From the human T2T-CHM13v2.0 reference genome, Homo sapiens: a stretch of DNA of 64,000 nt. The number at the start of each line of letters is the position of its first letter. Within the stretch, counting starts at the first letter, position 1. The stretch lies in assembly GCF_009914755.1 (NCBI RefSeq), contig NC_060927.1, one strand, 5' to 3'. The translations under genes and the position numbers were made by a program. The notes below the pieces were generated by a model. The model had not been told where the DNA came from and made no database searches. It worked only from the letters and a program-made list of their open reading frames with translations. Shown here in pieces: positions 28,000 through 42,591 of this stretch.

Positions 28000-30610
28000 T
28001 TCCTCCTTCACGAAGGAGGATGAAAACAATAAAGATGTAGCCTAACATTGAATAGAGCATCTAAGAGAGAACACCGGAATACAGCAAGAAAATGACAAAG
28101 ACCCTCTGAGGCAGAGAAACACAAGATGGCAAGATAGAGATGGAAGTGAAGTAGCTGGTTAAGATCCAATGAAACCCAAGGGAGACTCCCTCTTGTTGGT
28201 AAAAGTAAGTGGGCGATCCCCAGGACTCTACATTCTTACCACTGATACTTGCAATCCTGACTACAGGAGAGCCCTTCAGGCCTCATTGGTTCTAAGACTC
28301 ACATAGGAACTTCCTTGCATCAATGGAGTGCATTTTCATAGACAGGAAATTCACTCTGAGTCACCCTCAAGCCCCCCCAGACCCTGATGCAGTACAGAGT
28401 CATTTTGAGAATAGAGCCACAACCAAACTACATCTTGCCCTAAGGCTCAATAGCCCATGTGTCTCCACATTTTAATTTTGCACCTCAAGGAACTAGAAAA
28501 ACAAGAACAGACCAAACCCCAAATTAGTAGAAGAAAAGAAACAATACAGATCAGAGAAGAAATATATGAAATTGAGACTAAAAAATACAGAAGATCAATG
28601 AAATGAATTTATTTCTTCAAAAAGATAAGCAAAATTGATAAAATTTAGCTAGACTAAAAAGAGAGAAGACCCAAATATATAAACTCAGTGATGAAAAAGG
28701 GCATATCACAATGGATACCACAAAAATACAAAGGATCATTAGAGACTACTATGGATGACTACATGCCAATAAACTTGAAAAACCTAGAGGAAATTAATAA
28801 ATGCCTGTATACAAGCAGCCCACAAAGATTGAACCATGAAGAAATAGAAAACCTAAATAAACCAATAATCAGTAACAAGATCAAAGCCCTAATAAAAAGT
28901 ATCCCATCAAAGAAGAGCCTGGGACCTGATGTCTTCAAAGCTGAATTCCACCAAGCATTAAAAAAAGAACTAATATCAATCCTACTCAAAATTCTTCCAA
29001 AAAATTGAAGAGGCGAGAATACTTCCAAACTCATTCAATAAGGCCAGCATTACCTCAATACCAAAAGCAAAATAGGACACAACAAACCAAACAAAACAAA
29101 AAAACTATAGGCCAGTCTCACTGATAAAATCCCCACAACAACAACAAAAATATTGCAGACTGAATTCAACAATACATTAAAAAGATCATCTGCCATAATC
29201 AAGTGAGATTCATCCCAGGGATGCAAGGATGGTTCAACATATCCAAATAAATAAACATGATATCACACTAACAGAATCAATAACAAAAACCATATGATTA
29301 TTTCAATAGATGCCAAAAAATCCTTTTGATAAAAGTCAATATCCCTTTGTAATAAAGGCCCTTATCAAAATGAGTATAGGAGAAACGTACCTTAAAATAA
29401 TAAAGACCACACGACAACCCATAACTAACATTGTACTGAACGCAGAAAATTGAAGGCTTTTTCTCTGAGGACTTGAGAAAGACAAGGATGCCCACGTTTA
29501 TTCAATATAAACTTGGAACTCCTGACCAAGCCAATTAGACTAGAGAAAGAAATACAGGGTATCCAAACTGGAAAGCAATAAGTCAAATTAGCCTTGTTCA
29601 CAGGCAACATGATCTTATACCTAGAAAAACCTAAAGACTCCACCAAAAAACTGTTAGAACTTCTAAATTCAATAAAGTTGCAGGATACAAAAAATCAGTA
29701 GCATTTAGGTACATTAACAACAAATAATTTGAAAAAAATCAAAAAAGCAGTTTCATTTACAATACCTACAAAAATATAGTGTCTAAAAATGAACCGAACC
29801 CAGGAAGTGAAAGATCTGTACATGGAAAACCATAAAACATTGATGAAATAAATTGTAAATTGAAGATGACATTAAAAAGATGAAAGATATTCCATATTCA
29901 TGGATCGGAAAAATTAATATTGTTGAAACATCCATAATAATGAAAACAATTTACAGAATCAATGTAATCCCTATCAAAATACCAAGATATTGTTCACAAA
30001 AATGAAAAAACATTCTAAAATTTACAGGGAACCACAAACGATCCTGAATAGCCAAACCAATCCCGAGAAAAAGGAACAAAGTTGGAGGCACCACACTATC
30101 TGACTTTAACATTTACTACAAAGCAATAGTAACCAAAACAGCATGGTACTGGCATAAAAACAGACACATAGACCAATAGAACAGAATAAAGAACCCAGAT
30201 ATAAATATACATATTTATAGCCAACTCATCTTCAGCAAAGCTGCCAAGAACATACATTGAGGCAAGGACAGTCTTTTCGATAAATATTCTGGGAAAACTA
30301 GATAACTATGTACAGAAGAATAAAATTAGACCCCATTTCTCATGATACACAAAAAAATCGAACCAAAATGAATTAAATACTTAAAGATCTAAGCCCTGAA
30401 ACTATGAAACTAATGGAAGAAAACATTGAGGAAACACTCCAGGATATTCTGTGCAAGACTTTAAAAGTGTAGGTAACCAAATAAAAAATAGACAAATGGG
30501 ATTGCATCAAGCTAAAAATCTTCTGCATACCAAGGGAAACAATCAACAAAGTTAAGAGACAACCCACAGAGCGGGAAAAATATTTGCAAACTATCCATCT
30601 GACAGGGATG
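28000..30610 (+). mobile_element. L1MA-like 5' region fused directly to mid-ORF2
   Basis: 5'UTR-like sequence at 28000-28470, then ORF2 from gcacctcaaggaactagaaaaacaag to tttgcaaactatccatctgacaggg. Confidence 0.8.
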
Positions 30611-30614
30611 ATAC

Positions 30615-31750
30615 TGCTGGCAATTGTTGCTATGCTTTATCAAAGAGACTGGGGGCATTTTTCCCCTGCCCTAGAGATCTGTGGAAATTTGAACTTGGGA
30701 GAGATGACTTTGGGTATCTGGCAGAAGAAATTTCTTAGAAGCAAAGCATTCAAGAGATCCCTTGTGTGCTCTTAAAAGCATTCAGTTTTATTGATTCACA
30801 AAGATATGGTTTGGAATTGGAACTTACGTTTAAAAGGGAAACAGAGCATAAAAGTTCAGAAAATTAGCAGCCTGTCAATACAGTGGAAAAGAAAAACCCA
30901 TTTTCTGAGGAGAATTTAAATTTGGCAGCAGAAATTTGTGTAAGTAATGAGGAGCCAAATGCTAATTACAAAGACAATGGGGAAAATGACTCCAGGCCAT
31001 GTCAGAGACCTTCAAGAAAGCCCCTTCTATCAGAGGCCCAAGGTAGGAGGAAAAAATGGTTTCCTGGGCTGAGTCCAGGGCCCCACTGCTCTGTGCAGCC
31101 TTGGGACATGATGCCCTGAGACTCAGCTGCTCCAGCCATGGCTTAAAGGGGCCAAGGTACAGCTCGGGCCCATGGTTTTAGAAGGTGCAAGCCCCAAGCC
31201 TTGGCAGCTTCTACATGATGTTGAGCCTTCAGGTGCACAGAAGTTGAGAATTGAAGTTTGGGATCCTCAACCTAGATTTCAGAGGATGTATGGAAACACC
31301 TGGATGTCCAGGAAGCTGTTTGCTGCAGGGGTGGAGCCCACATGGAGAACCTCTACTAGGGCAGTGCAGAAAGAAAATGTGGAGTGGGAGCCCCTACAGT
31401 GTCCCCACTGGGGCACTGCCTAGTAGAGCTGTGAGAAGAAGGCCACCATCCTCCAGACCACAGAATGGTATATCCACAGATAGATTGCACCGTGCACCTG
31501 AAAAGCTAGAAACACTCAACAGCAGCTCAAGAAAGCAGCTGAGAGAGGGGCTGTACCCTGCAAAGCCACAGGGGCAGATCTGCCCAATACCATGGGAGCC
31601 AACCTCCTGCATCAGCATGACCTGGATGTGAGACATGGAGCAGAAGATCATTTCAAAGCTTTGGGATTTCTCTACCTCACTGGATTTTGGACTTGCATGG
31701 GTCCTGTAGCCTCTTAAGTTTGGCCAATTTCTCCCATTTGGAACAGGCAA
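30615..31750 (+). mobile_element. THE1/MST internal fragment without LTRs
   Basis: Reverse complement of the internal regions at 876-2356 and 3950-5857. MaLR-int peptide KKNPFSEE...AAEICVSNEEPN. Confidence 0.85.
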
Positions 31751-33580
31751 TTCAAACTGTTTAGATAAATCTTAACAAAATTCAAGACAACCCAGATAAC
31801 GAATTTAGAATCTTATCAGGTAAATTTAACAAAGAGATTAGATAATTTTAAAAATCCAGGAGAATTTCTGAAGCTGAAAAATTCAATTGGCATAATGAAG
31901 AATGCATTAGAGTCTCTAAACAGCAGAATTGATTAAAAAAAAATGGTGAGCTTAGAAACAGGCTATATTAGTCAATTTTCATGCAGCCAATAAAGACCTA
32001 CATGAGACTGGGCAACTTACAAAAGAAAGAGGTTTATTGGACTTACAGTTCCACATGGCTGAGGAGGCCTCACAATCATGGTGTATGGCAAGGAGGAGCA
32101 AGTCACATCTTACATTGATGGCAGCAAGCAAAAAGAGAGCTTGTGCAGGAAAATTCCTGTTTTTAAAACCGTCAGATCTTGTGAGACTAATTCACTGTTA
32201 TGAGAACAGTGCAGGTTAGAGCCACCCCTGTAATTCATTCACCTCCCACTGGGTTCCTCCCATGAAAATGTGGGAATTGTGGGACTCAAGATGAGATTTG
32301 GGTGGTCCCACAGCCAAATCATATCACAGCCTATTGGAAAACACACAGTCAGAGGAGACAAAAGAAAAAATAATAAGAAATAATAAAGCAAAACTACACG
32401 ACATAGCAAATAGCCTCAAAAGGCAAAATCTAAGAGTTATTGACCTTATAGAGGATGTAGAGAGATTAGCACACAAAGTTCTTTAAAGGGATATAAACAG
32501 AATAATTTCAAAACCTAGAGAAGATATTGATATTTAAGTACAAGAAGTTTAGAGCACACCTAGCAGATTTAACCCAAATAACTACCTCAAGACATGTAAT
32601 AATAAAACTCCCAAAGGTCAAAGAGAAAGAATCATTAAAGCAGCAAAAGAGGTACAAAAGAGCTCCAACACATCCGGCAGCAGCCTTCCCAAAGGAAACC
32701 TTATGGGCCAGGAGAGAGTGGCATGACATATTTGAAATGCCAGAAAAAAAAACCTTTTATTATTCAATAGTACATCCAGTGAAAATATCCTTCAAACAAG
32801 AAGGAGAAATAAAGACTTTTCCAGTCAAACCAAAGCTGAGAGATTTCTTCAACATCAGACCTGTCCTACAAAAAATGCTAAAGGGAGTTCTTTAATCTGA
32901 ATGAAAAGGATGTTAATGAGCAATGAGAAATCATCTGGGGGTATGAACTCACTAATAAAAATAAATACACAGACAAATATATAATATTATACTATAATTG
33001 TGGACTATAAACTACTCATATGTTGAGTAGAAAGACTAAAGAAGAGCCTATCAAAAATAATACTATGAAAACTTTCCAAGACATAGACAGTATAATAACA
33101 TACAAAAATAAACAACCAAAAAAAACTTAAAAAGCAGAAGGATGAAGTTAAAATGTAGACTTTTATTAGTTTTCTCTTTGCTCTTTTGTTTACTTTGTTT
33201 CATCAATCAATTGGAATTGGTCATCTGTTTTAAATAATGAGATATAAGATGTAACTTTCAAGCCTAATGGTAACCTAAAATCAAAAAGACACATAAGAGA
33301 AACACAAAAAAATAAAAAGCAAGAAATTAAAACACACCACCAGATAAAATAACCATTACATAACAGTGAACAATCTGAAAAAATTAAGAAAGTAATCCCA
33401 TTTACAATAACTACAAATAAAATGTATTATGTTCCCAACATAAAGAAATGACACGTATCTGAAATGATAGATATGCCAATTACCCTGATTGGATCATTAA
33501 ACATTGTGTACATATATCAAAATATCACACTGTGTTCATAACACATGTAAAATTATTATATGTCAATTAAAAATGAAAGA
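31751..33580 (+). mobile_element. L1MA-like ORF1, inter-ORF region, short ORF2 piece and 3' end
   Basis: ORF1 C-terminus ETLWARREWHDIF...KISFKQEGEIKTFP...LKGVL* (ends 32895). L1MA 3' end ...aattaccctgattggatcatt...tgtcaattaaaa. Confidence 0.8.
31964..32326 (-). mobile_element. THE1 solo LTR inserted in L1 ORF1
   Basis: LTR termini tatattagtc...atcatatca, with TSD caggc/cagcc. Confidence 0.9.
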
Positions 33581-36500
33581 AAAAAGAATACACTTTTGGG
33601 ATTTACACTTTTTCTAAAAAGTAAAAACCTAATCATGGCTAAAAAATTCTTAAGACATTGTAGGAAACTGTTGCCCAATGCACTAGATAAATATGATGTT
33701 CAGAACCCACATCAAATTGCCATTCTCTCTTTTTTTGGTAGCATTTTTAAGACGTCCTCCAATATCTAAGCTCTACTTGGTACTACTCCTGAGATGATTA
33801 TAATGAATTCTACACTATCATTGCATATAATAATGCAATGTGTGCTGAATGTGAAGGAAATCTCTAGATTTTTACTTTGCCACATTAAAATAGAAGAAAT
33901 CCATCTCACATGACCCAGAAATTCTATTCCTAGTCATTTCCACTCTGGAGAACCTTTCACAAGCATCTATATAGAAACATTATAAGACCCTTTATGGCAA
34001 TTTATTAATAACAAAATAATATCAATCCAAATATTAATAAGGAATAAATTACAGTATAGTCATAAAATGGAATACAAGCACTTAGAAAAATTTTTCTTAC
34101 TAAAAATGTTAAAATTTCAAACAATAAACATTATTTTAAAATGTAATTGTCTTCAGTAAGTACTTGAGTAAGTCTGAAATTAGTTTTATAAGTGAATTTT
34201 AAAAGAAAGTGATACATTTAGAGAACTGATTATATCTTCCATCATGTATATGTTGCTGCAGGGAATTCATAAGAAATGTACTTTAAAGACTTAAATTGGT
34301 AAGAAGACTTCCATAAGTAAAGTGCTATTATGCATATGAAGCAAATGTTAAAAATGGAAATGACACACATAAAGTAAAATAGCAAATAATATAGAGTATA
34401 GAAACAGAAGAAAGACATTTACATTATTGGAACAAAGTTTCAAGTTATTTTTATAACTCAGAATATAACCCATTTTGCTCTTTATAAAAACAACTATCAT
34501 CATTTTTAGTTCCTGTTGGCTTAAAAAGTTCAGAGAAATTACAATATTGATTTAAAGATACTATGATCAATGAAAAATAAACGAATACCACCAAAACAGA
34601 CATCCATATTAACCTAATAATAAATGTTAAAAAAAACTAAATTGCGATAGAAATATGAATGCTTTAGGCAAGAGAGGACAAATGAACTCAGAAAGAGTGT
34701 GAACATTATCTATTTATTTTTTGAAAAAAATAATTATTGGTTACTTTCCAGTTGTCAGATACAATGCTAATTTCCAAGGTGAATTATAAAATTAAATAAA
34801 GCAAATCCCTACTCTCAGAAATGTGCTTCCCAACAGATGTGAAAACTATGTAGAAAGAATTGAATTGAAGAAAACTATTTCTTGAATAACGAGAATTGAT
34901 ACAAATAATGCAAACACTGGTTTAAATACGCAATTGAAACTAAAAGTCTAACTGGTATTGAGGAAGTAGTAGATACATGCTATTAATTAGGATAAGCTAT
35001 CATTCAAAATGGCATTGATGACAATATTATGATTTTATTCTATAGATGATTACCATAGGTTATAATGAGAAATCAGGGAAAGAAGCAAAAAGAGGGCAGC
35101 CCTAAAGATATCACCTCTGTATTGAGTTAATAGAGTGAAAACTGGAAATCAACTCAAGAAATAAGAACAATTTTACTTTTACTTTCATTTATATTACCTC
35201 ACAATATGCTCTAATGTTTCTAATATTACCTAATACACCTAATATTTCCAAAGACAAATTTTGTTTTCTCTAAGAACAATTTAAGATATTAAAAATTTTA
35301 AAAATGTTTGTTTAGATTTTTCTAAATTGGATTTTTTTATATATAATAAAATCTGTATGAAATTTGGATTAGAATTCCTGTGACCCATTACTGAGAAAGA
35401 AGATAAGAAATGTATTTTCTTGTTGAGAGAAATACTGTAAAAGTGATGTGCAAAAGAAATTGTGCCCTCACTGAATTTTAAGTAAGTTAATTGTAAGTTA
35501 ATTTTTCTTTGTTGCTTAAAAAAGCAACAAAGGAAAATTACTGACAGATAAAATGCTTTTCTTTTTGGCAAAAAAAGTTTTTTTTCCTTAATGACTATCA
35601 CTTTTCACCTGATAACAACTATTTGAATTATAGATACACTGGCAAGAAAAAAATGGTAACCTGTCAGCTGTATGCAGAGAAACTGTGGAAGGTATCTGCG
35701 TAAAGGGTGGAACACGTGAGGAAAATGTTGGAAGAATATTCGTTGAATGAATAAAGAAAAAAATCGATGAACTCGTTTGTCCTCTCTTACTTAAAGCATT
35801 TATATTTCTATTGTAATTTAGTGTTTTTTAATATTTATTATTAGGTTAACATGGATGTCTGTTTTGGTAGTATTCTTTTATTTTTTCATTGATCATAGTA
35901 TCTTTAAGTCAATATTGTAATTTCTCTGAACTTTTTAAACCAACAGGAAGTAAATATGATGATAGTTGTTTTTATAAAGAGCAAAATGGATTATATTCTG
36001 AGTTACATAAGCAACTTGAAAGTTTGTTCCAATAATTTAAATGTCTTCTGTTTCTATACTCTATATTATTTGTTGTTTTACTTTATATGTATCATTTCCA
36101 TTTTTAACATTTGCTTCATATGCATAATAGTTATTTGTTTATGGAAGGCATCTTACCAATGTAAATCTTTAAAGTGTATTTCTTATGAATTCCCTGCAGC
36201 AACATATACATGGTGGAAGATATAATCAGTTCTCTAAATGTATCAGTTTCTTTTAAAATTCACTTATAAAACTAATTTCAGACTTATTCAAACACTTACT
36301 CAAGACAGCTACATTTTAAAATAATGTTTATTAGTTTGAAAATTTAACATTTTTACTAAGAATAATTTCTCTAAACTGAGATTAAGTCAACTATTGTGTA
36401 TGTGCTTTTTTATATGTTATTTAAGTAGAGTTTTATAATAATTATGTGAGGTTGACAATATTATTCCACTTTTTACATAAGAGAAAGAAAGTGAGACTCA

Positions 36501-37484
36501 GATGTTAAATTACTTGTCTAAAGGTTCCTCTTTATAAGTAAAGTCAAGAAATAAACGTGAGGACAAGGAAATAAAGATCTCTTTTCTTGCAACAAAGGAA
36601 GAAATGTAATTGAATTACTTACATATCTCAAATAATAATGTGCTCACTTCATATTCAATATCATGTAACCTTGATAATAGTATACTAAATACTTTTCAAC
36701 TTTATTTTACTGAATAGCTAAAACATATCATAGTCCTAAAAGAAACTCTAGAAAGCAAAAGTCAGCTCAATTTATTCAAAAAATAATTAAAAGTTTAACA
36801 GAACATTCATTTCCCTCAGGTTGGCGTGACTTCATTTCTGCTATTATTTCTATTTTCATTCTGATGATCAATCAAGTTATGCACAGCAACCTGTCAAAAT
36901 GTGCTGTATTAGCAAATCTGGAATGCTTTACTCATCTTTCCCCTCAAAGCCCGCAGGTTTTAATAGAACAAGCAAACTCAAGTTGGTATTTGTAAGGAAG
37001 TAAAAGCAGAAGAGTAGATCAACATTATCTTGCTTTGATATTTATGATTTTTTTCTATTGGTCACAAATGTGTTTGGTGATCACAGTAACTGCTTTGTTC
37101 AATCAAACATTTTCAGAATTCTGTATGGAAACATATGTTACAATTTTAACCAAAATGAGAAGGAAACATGCATTTTTTATTATGTAAATCCTACAATGAC
37201 TCCCAGCAGTCTGTAATAAACAACTGATGTAAACTCCTCTTTAGTTAGGAAGAAACAGTCTTGCTCATTCAACATTTCCTCTGTAGTTAAACTCTTTCAA
37301 GTTCATTTATTTCATGCTAACAGTTTATTTTACTTCTTCAATAATTAGTAACTTTTGTCAACGAATGAAAGAATGGCACATACAAATTCCCAAAAATGAC
37401 AAGAATTCATTAAATATTCAAAAGTATTAACATGAAAATATTTTCTAATCACTTATTTACTAAGATTATCTGTTACGCTATTTA

Positions 37485-37880
37485 CAGCAGTTAGGCTGGA
37501 TTCTTCTGCAAATATCAAAAGACTTAATCAAATACAGGCTTAAGAGTAAAATTTAATTCTTATAGATAATAAAATTTATTGGTCTATATAACAAGAATTC
37601 TGGAGAAAGGATGGATTCAGATTGGCTAATTTTGCACCTCTATGTTTCCCATCAATGTCATATGATGGCTGCAGAAATTCTAGCCATCATTATTATACTC
37701 AGCAACATCCAAAGGCACAACAATTGAGAGAATCCTTTATCTATATATTTTTAAAATAAAGAAAATTGTATGGGAAGTGCTTCAGCAAATATCTCCTTAC
37801 TTTGTATTTGTCAAGTTTGCATCACATGCTCACAACTGAAGCAATCACTAGCAAAGGGAAAAGACTTTTGTGAATTGCTG
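37485..37880. mobile_element. Ancient MLT1/LTR33-like LTR relic
   Basis: Weak motifs (atggctgcagaaattctagccatca, catcacatgctcac...caatcactagcaaaggg). Confidence 0.35.
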
Positions 37881-38734
37881 ATTCCTTGGTCAAATCAATG
37901 CCAATGAATGAATAAAATCTGGCTTCAGCTATCAAAAAATAGGGGAGATGGATGCAGAGATAACTTTGGTTAGGCAAACAAAAGTTACTGCCAGCCAGTC
38001 CTTTTGTGATGTTAAAATCTTTAAAGCACTTTCTTCTTCTTTTGTAATGTGTATTATCAAGGAACAAACCTAAATTTATTGGTTCCACTAATTCCACAAA
38101 GACAATTAATTTGCCCCCTCTGGTTGTTATTCTGTAATCGTAATATCCTGACGAGTCTGAACCATGATCACACTACCATTTAGTTACTAGATATAAACAT
38201 ATATTGAAAATAATTAGAAACATGACAATGAGGTAGAGAATGAACTGTTAAGTTGTGGGTTTTGTTTTTTAGATAAATAAAACACAAGAGGGAAAATAAT
38301 ATGGCAATGGCATTATTCTCACACAAAAAAAGAGATTAATAAGGATTCAGGCTATGGTGGAAAGCTTTCTAGATCTAGACATTGTGCCCCATAATGAAGT
38401 ATAGGTGGATTTTAAATAACGGAATTGCAGAAATGAAGTTTTGATACTGATGAAAGTAGAATGATCAGATACATGGAAACAGGGCGAGCTTAGTAGATGG
38501 AATCTAATTTGAAGTTAGTGGAGAGTTAGGAGCATATGAGTCTTGGGTACAAAAGTCTGAATTTGAAATCAGATGTTCTCTGAGTTTAAGATCAGAGTTC
38601 AAGATAACTTTCATATTGCCGTTTCTTCAAATCAAACCACATGTTCCTATGGAAAGAACAAAAGCATGTTGAAGTATCAGCTACTATTAGGTGATCCATA
38701 CATACAAGTTCCTCTTTTCCTGTGAGATGCAAGT

Positions 38735-39066
38735 TATATACATGTTTATGCATACATATATACATATGCACACATATATGTATACTGTGTGTACATATAT
38801 ATAATATATACATATATGTATTACATACTGCAGAGAATAAATATATATACATATACATATATGTAATACACATACATATGTACATAGACATATATAACAT
38901 ATGTAAAAATATATAATATATGTAACATGATACACATACATGTGTATACATGTATTTAACATGCATGTAAATATACATACATGTAGTATATATGTATGCA
39001 TGCTGCAGAGAATAAATATACATATGTGTAATATATACACACACACACATATACATATATATATGT
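38735..39066. repeat. Compound (TA/CA/TG) low-complexity tract with an internal duplicated cassette
   Basis: Alternating purine-pyrimidine runs. ctgcagagaataaatata occurs at 38828 and 39003. Confidence 0.9.
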
Positions 39067-40886
39067 AATCTTATCCATAGCTCTAGGTCAAAAACTTTGA
39101 GTATTTATTGGCACACAAAATTCATAATAAACTTAAAAACTGAGACTCAAATGAATTAACTATCTCAGAAATTTGTTGATTTAAAATCCATGTGCAGAAA
39201 TATTTCCAGTAAGAAATCTTTCTTTGTGTTAATGTGATTTGCAAGAGCGACTATCCCGGGATAACTTTAGCGTTTCCATCAAATATTAATGTATTGGTTG
39301 CTTAAACTGTGTGGATGAATACCATTTTTAAAATTTGAAGTATTAGTATATAAATACTATTTTCTAAAGTTAGAACTGTTTGAAACTATATGGAGCTAAG
39401 AAGCTATCGATTGTTGTAATGAACTGAATCCTGATGAGTTTTTGGACAGTATTTTCTGTTAAAACTTCATTAAAGAATTAATTTAAGAATAGTTGAAAAT
39501 AAAGAGCAGATGATCCATTAGAAAAGAATCTACCAAGATATCAATGTCTTTTGAAACTTAATAGCATTAAACAGGCAGCCTTAGAGTTGAGTCAAGAGCA
39601 AGTCTTTATATGGCTGCATGTTATTAACTCATACCTGTTAATAAACAAGCATCTCCATCTGTTGTGTGTTGACTGTTCTCTGCAGACCTCACGGACTCAT
39701 GTTTTATTAATACATGTCAATGTTCCAGTGTAAATCAGAAAGGGTCACCCAAATACTTTGCAAACTGCAGAGTTGTTTAAACTAAATAAAAGTGCATCCA
39801 GCATGACAGTCTTGTATGAATTACTTTTAAGTTTATTATATTATGTGGCGTTATCTCACTAGATAAAACTTTCATTTGTCTTAATTTCAGGTTGCACATA
39901 TAAATTCAGATTTGTTTCCCACACTTTATGTGTTTCAGTTTCATTTACACATGTGATAAGCAAGTTCAAAAATCACATTTTATGTAATTCTCACTATTTA
40001 AATTCCTCTTTTTGCATAAATGCCAAATACATCTCAAATATATATGTAGTTTGATCAGAGAACAACTACAATAATGTTTTCTCTTTCAACTTTCTATTCA
40101 CTCTTTTTACTATAACATCAATAAATCAAAATTATTTTCCAGGTAAAAATGGTATTTATTGTTTGTAATAACTGAAGTTAATCCTTATTCTTGTCTAAAA
40201 ATGAGAAGAAATGTAAAGTAAAAAACAAATTATCACATTGTTCATTTCTCTGAGCAGATATCTGTAGTCTATAGAGTATAGCTTATTATTTCTTAACTCA
40301 AGTACTTTTAAGTGTCTACTTTGGCATGTATTAAATACGAACCAATTTTAAAACTTTTACTTTATTCATTAAGTACTTGTTGGGATTTTAAGTTTCAGGC
40401 ACTGTGCTGAGCTCTAGACATGCACTAGAGTCCCAAATAACACATGGCTTTTCTACTCACAGAGGGAGTGCACTACTGAGTCTGGGAAACAAACAACATT
40501 AATTAATAATTAGTCAGCTATTAATTTGTTAAAATAGAAAAATACATTTGGAAAAAATGTATGCACATATAAACTTTTTCTTTTTTCTTAGCTCAGTATA
40601 TATCAGTGTTTGTAAAATAGGAACTTCTGGGTAAAAGTTTTAGAGAAAGTGTTAATTTATGAAGGGCAAAAGGGGAAGGGTTGTAAGAAATAAAATTAAC
40701 TAGAGGAGATAAAAACTCAGACTTCTTGGCAGGAAAAGACCAACATGTTGGCCCTGAGTACAAAATGTCATCTCTCCAAAATGTCTGAGTTTTTTCCTCT
40801 CATTTTGAAAGTCATAAAGTGTCTACCAAATACAAGAATTTGGATGAACAAACATCCTGTTTTAAAATTAGAAATACTCCTGGGAT

Positions 40887-40954
40887 GAGGAGAAGAAGAA
40901 GAAGAAGGAGGAGGAGGAGAAGGAGGGGGGGAGGAGGAGGAGGAGGGGAAGGAG
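40887..40954 (+). repeat. Polypurine (GAA)n/(GGA)n tract
   Basis: Directly visible in the sequence. Confidence 0.9.
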
Positions 40955-42591
40955 ATGACACTACTTTGCTTTCTTATTATAACCTGAGATGAGCAATATT
41001 GAAAGATAGGCCATGATGATAATGGGAAAAGGGAGGCAGACAACTTTAAAATAGTGTGAATTTTGCCAAGGATGGGTTGGGCCAGAGTAGTTGTCCTTCA
41101 GGGTCTTTTAGGGCTTATGAAGTCTCATGAGAGTCACAGGAAAAGCAACGCTGGACAGTGGGGAAGGCCACCATGAGTAAAATCAAAACAAACAACCTGG
41201 CCACAAAAGAAAGGGGCCATTTTCTCTCCAAATTCTTTCTCCAGGGACTCAGGAATAATATATGGATAATATCAGCCAAATAATGGGTTAAAGCAGATAT
41301 TTGTGCCTTGCTTAGGAAACACTAAAATTTAAACTAGTTTATACATAAAAATATGCTCTTCATCCCAAACAACTAACTCATAAATACACTTTTGGAATAC
41401 AACCCATTCATAAATTGTGGTCTCTTCATATAATTACATTCAGACAAAAATTCTCTGACTCATAAACAAATTAAACAAATAAATTCCTTCTGAAACATCT
41501 GTTAGTATGAATTGCAATCTTGTACACCAGCCACAAGAAGCCTTATAATAACATGTGTGGTACAAGCTTAACATATGAACAACATGAAGTCATGAGCTCT
41601 GATGGACTTGCTTTGTCATGATTATTTATTTATACCCTTTCCCCCAAATCTTAGTAGAAGTTTTTAGAGCAGTAGATGGTGACTTCATTTCTTTCTTGAA
41701 TAATCTGGAAGAAACATTATTTTTGAAGATGATAAACTCTGAGTCTATTACTGATCACCTTATCTTTCATTTCTTAATGTACTTCCCCCCCAAATTCATT
41801 TACATTTTTATAGTTTAAATTAATCAAATCCACTTCAGTGAAAGCAGCGACTTTACTGCAGAGAATAAATCCAATGGCTACTTATCACAGATTTTAGGAA
41901 GTAGTTGATGCCAGATAACATAGGTATAAAGTAGAGAAAGAGTGTCATTGGACAAATGTTTAAATTGGTTAATAAGACAGCTTACCTCAAAAATAATTTG
42001 GCAAACCTAATATTTAAAAGTGATAATGAGAAAAGCTAGACAGTATAGCATATATGTAATAATATATATCATAATACTTGCTAATAGTTATTTGGTGCTT
42101 AAAATATCTGAGTCCTGTTCTAAGGCTATATAGAAATGTGATATCATTTAATTTTAGCAAATAAAACCCTGTGAAATAGGCAGCAGATTAATGAAAGCTT
42201 TAAAATGAAGAAGATTACATAGAAAAAGTTTAAGCATCTTGTTCAAAGATATAAAGCTAGCAAGTGGCTCAAGTGGATGTAGCTAAATGGTAGAGTATAT
42301 GTGTATCATTTTATGTGTGCAAAAGAAATATTTTGCATAATTAATTGTTAAATGATGTAGATAATATATCAAAGCATATGTTAAACAACTTATGGGCTTA
42401 TTGAAGAATTTAAGATTTTACTTCATTACTTTATGTCTAGGAGTTCTTAACTCTAAAGACTATATTGTAGGGATTATTTCTCTACATTTTTATATTTCAG
42501 AGCATCTTTGTTACTGCAAATCAAAAAATATTTTTGTCTCATCAATAAAGTGTACTTTTGCAGATACTGTAGGAATTCTATTTAAATTCTA

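Noticed and set aside
38111-38126. Second CTCF-like motif (tgccccctctgg)
   Set aside because: Only the 3' half of the core matches, and the upstream CCASY positions fail.
38592-39056. 154-aa and 119-aa Y/I/M/C-rich ORFs
   Set aside because: They are translations of a TA/CA microsatellite. The ORFs at 22298-22601 have the same origin.
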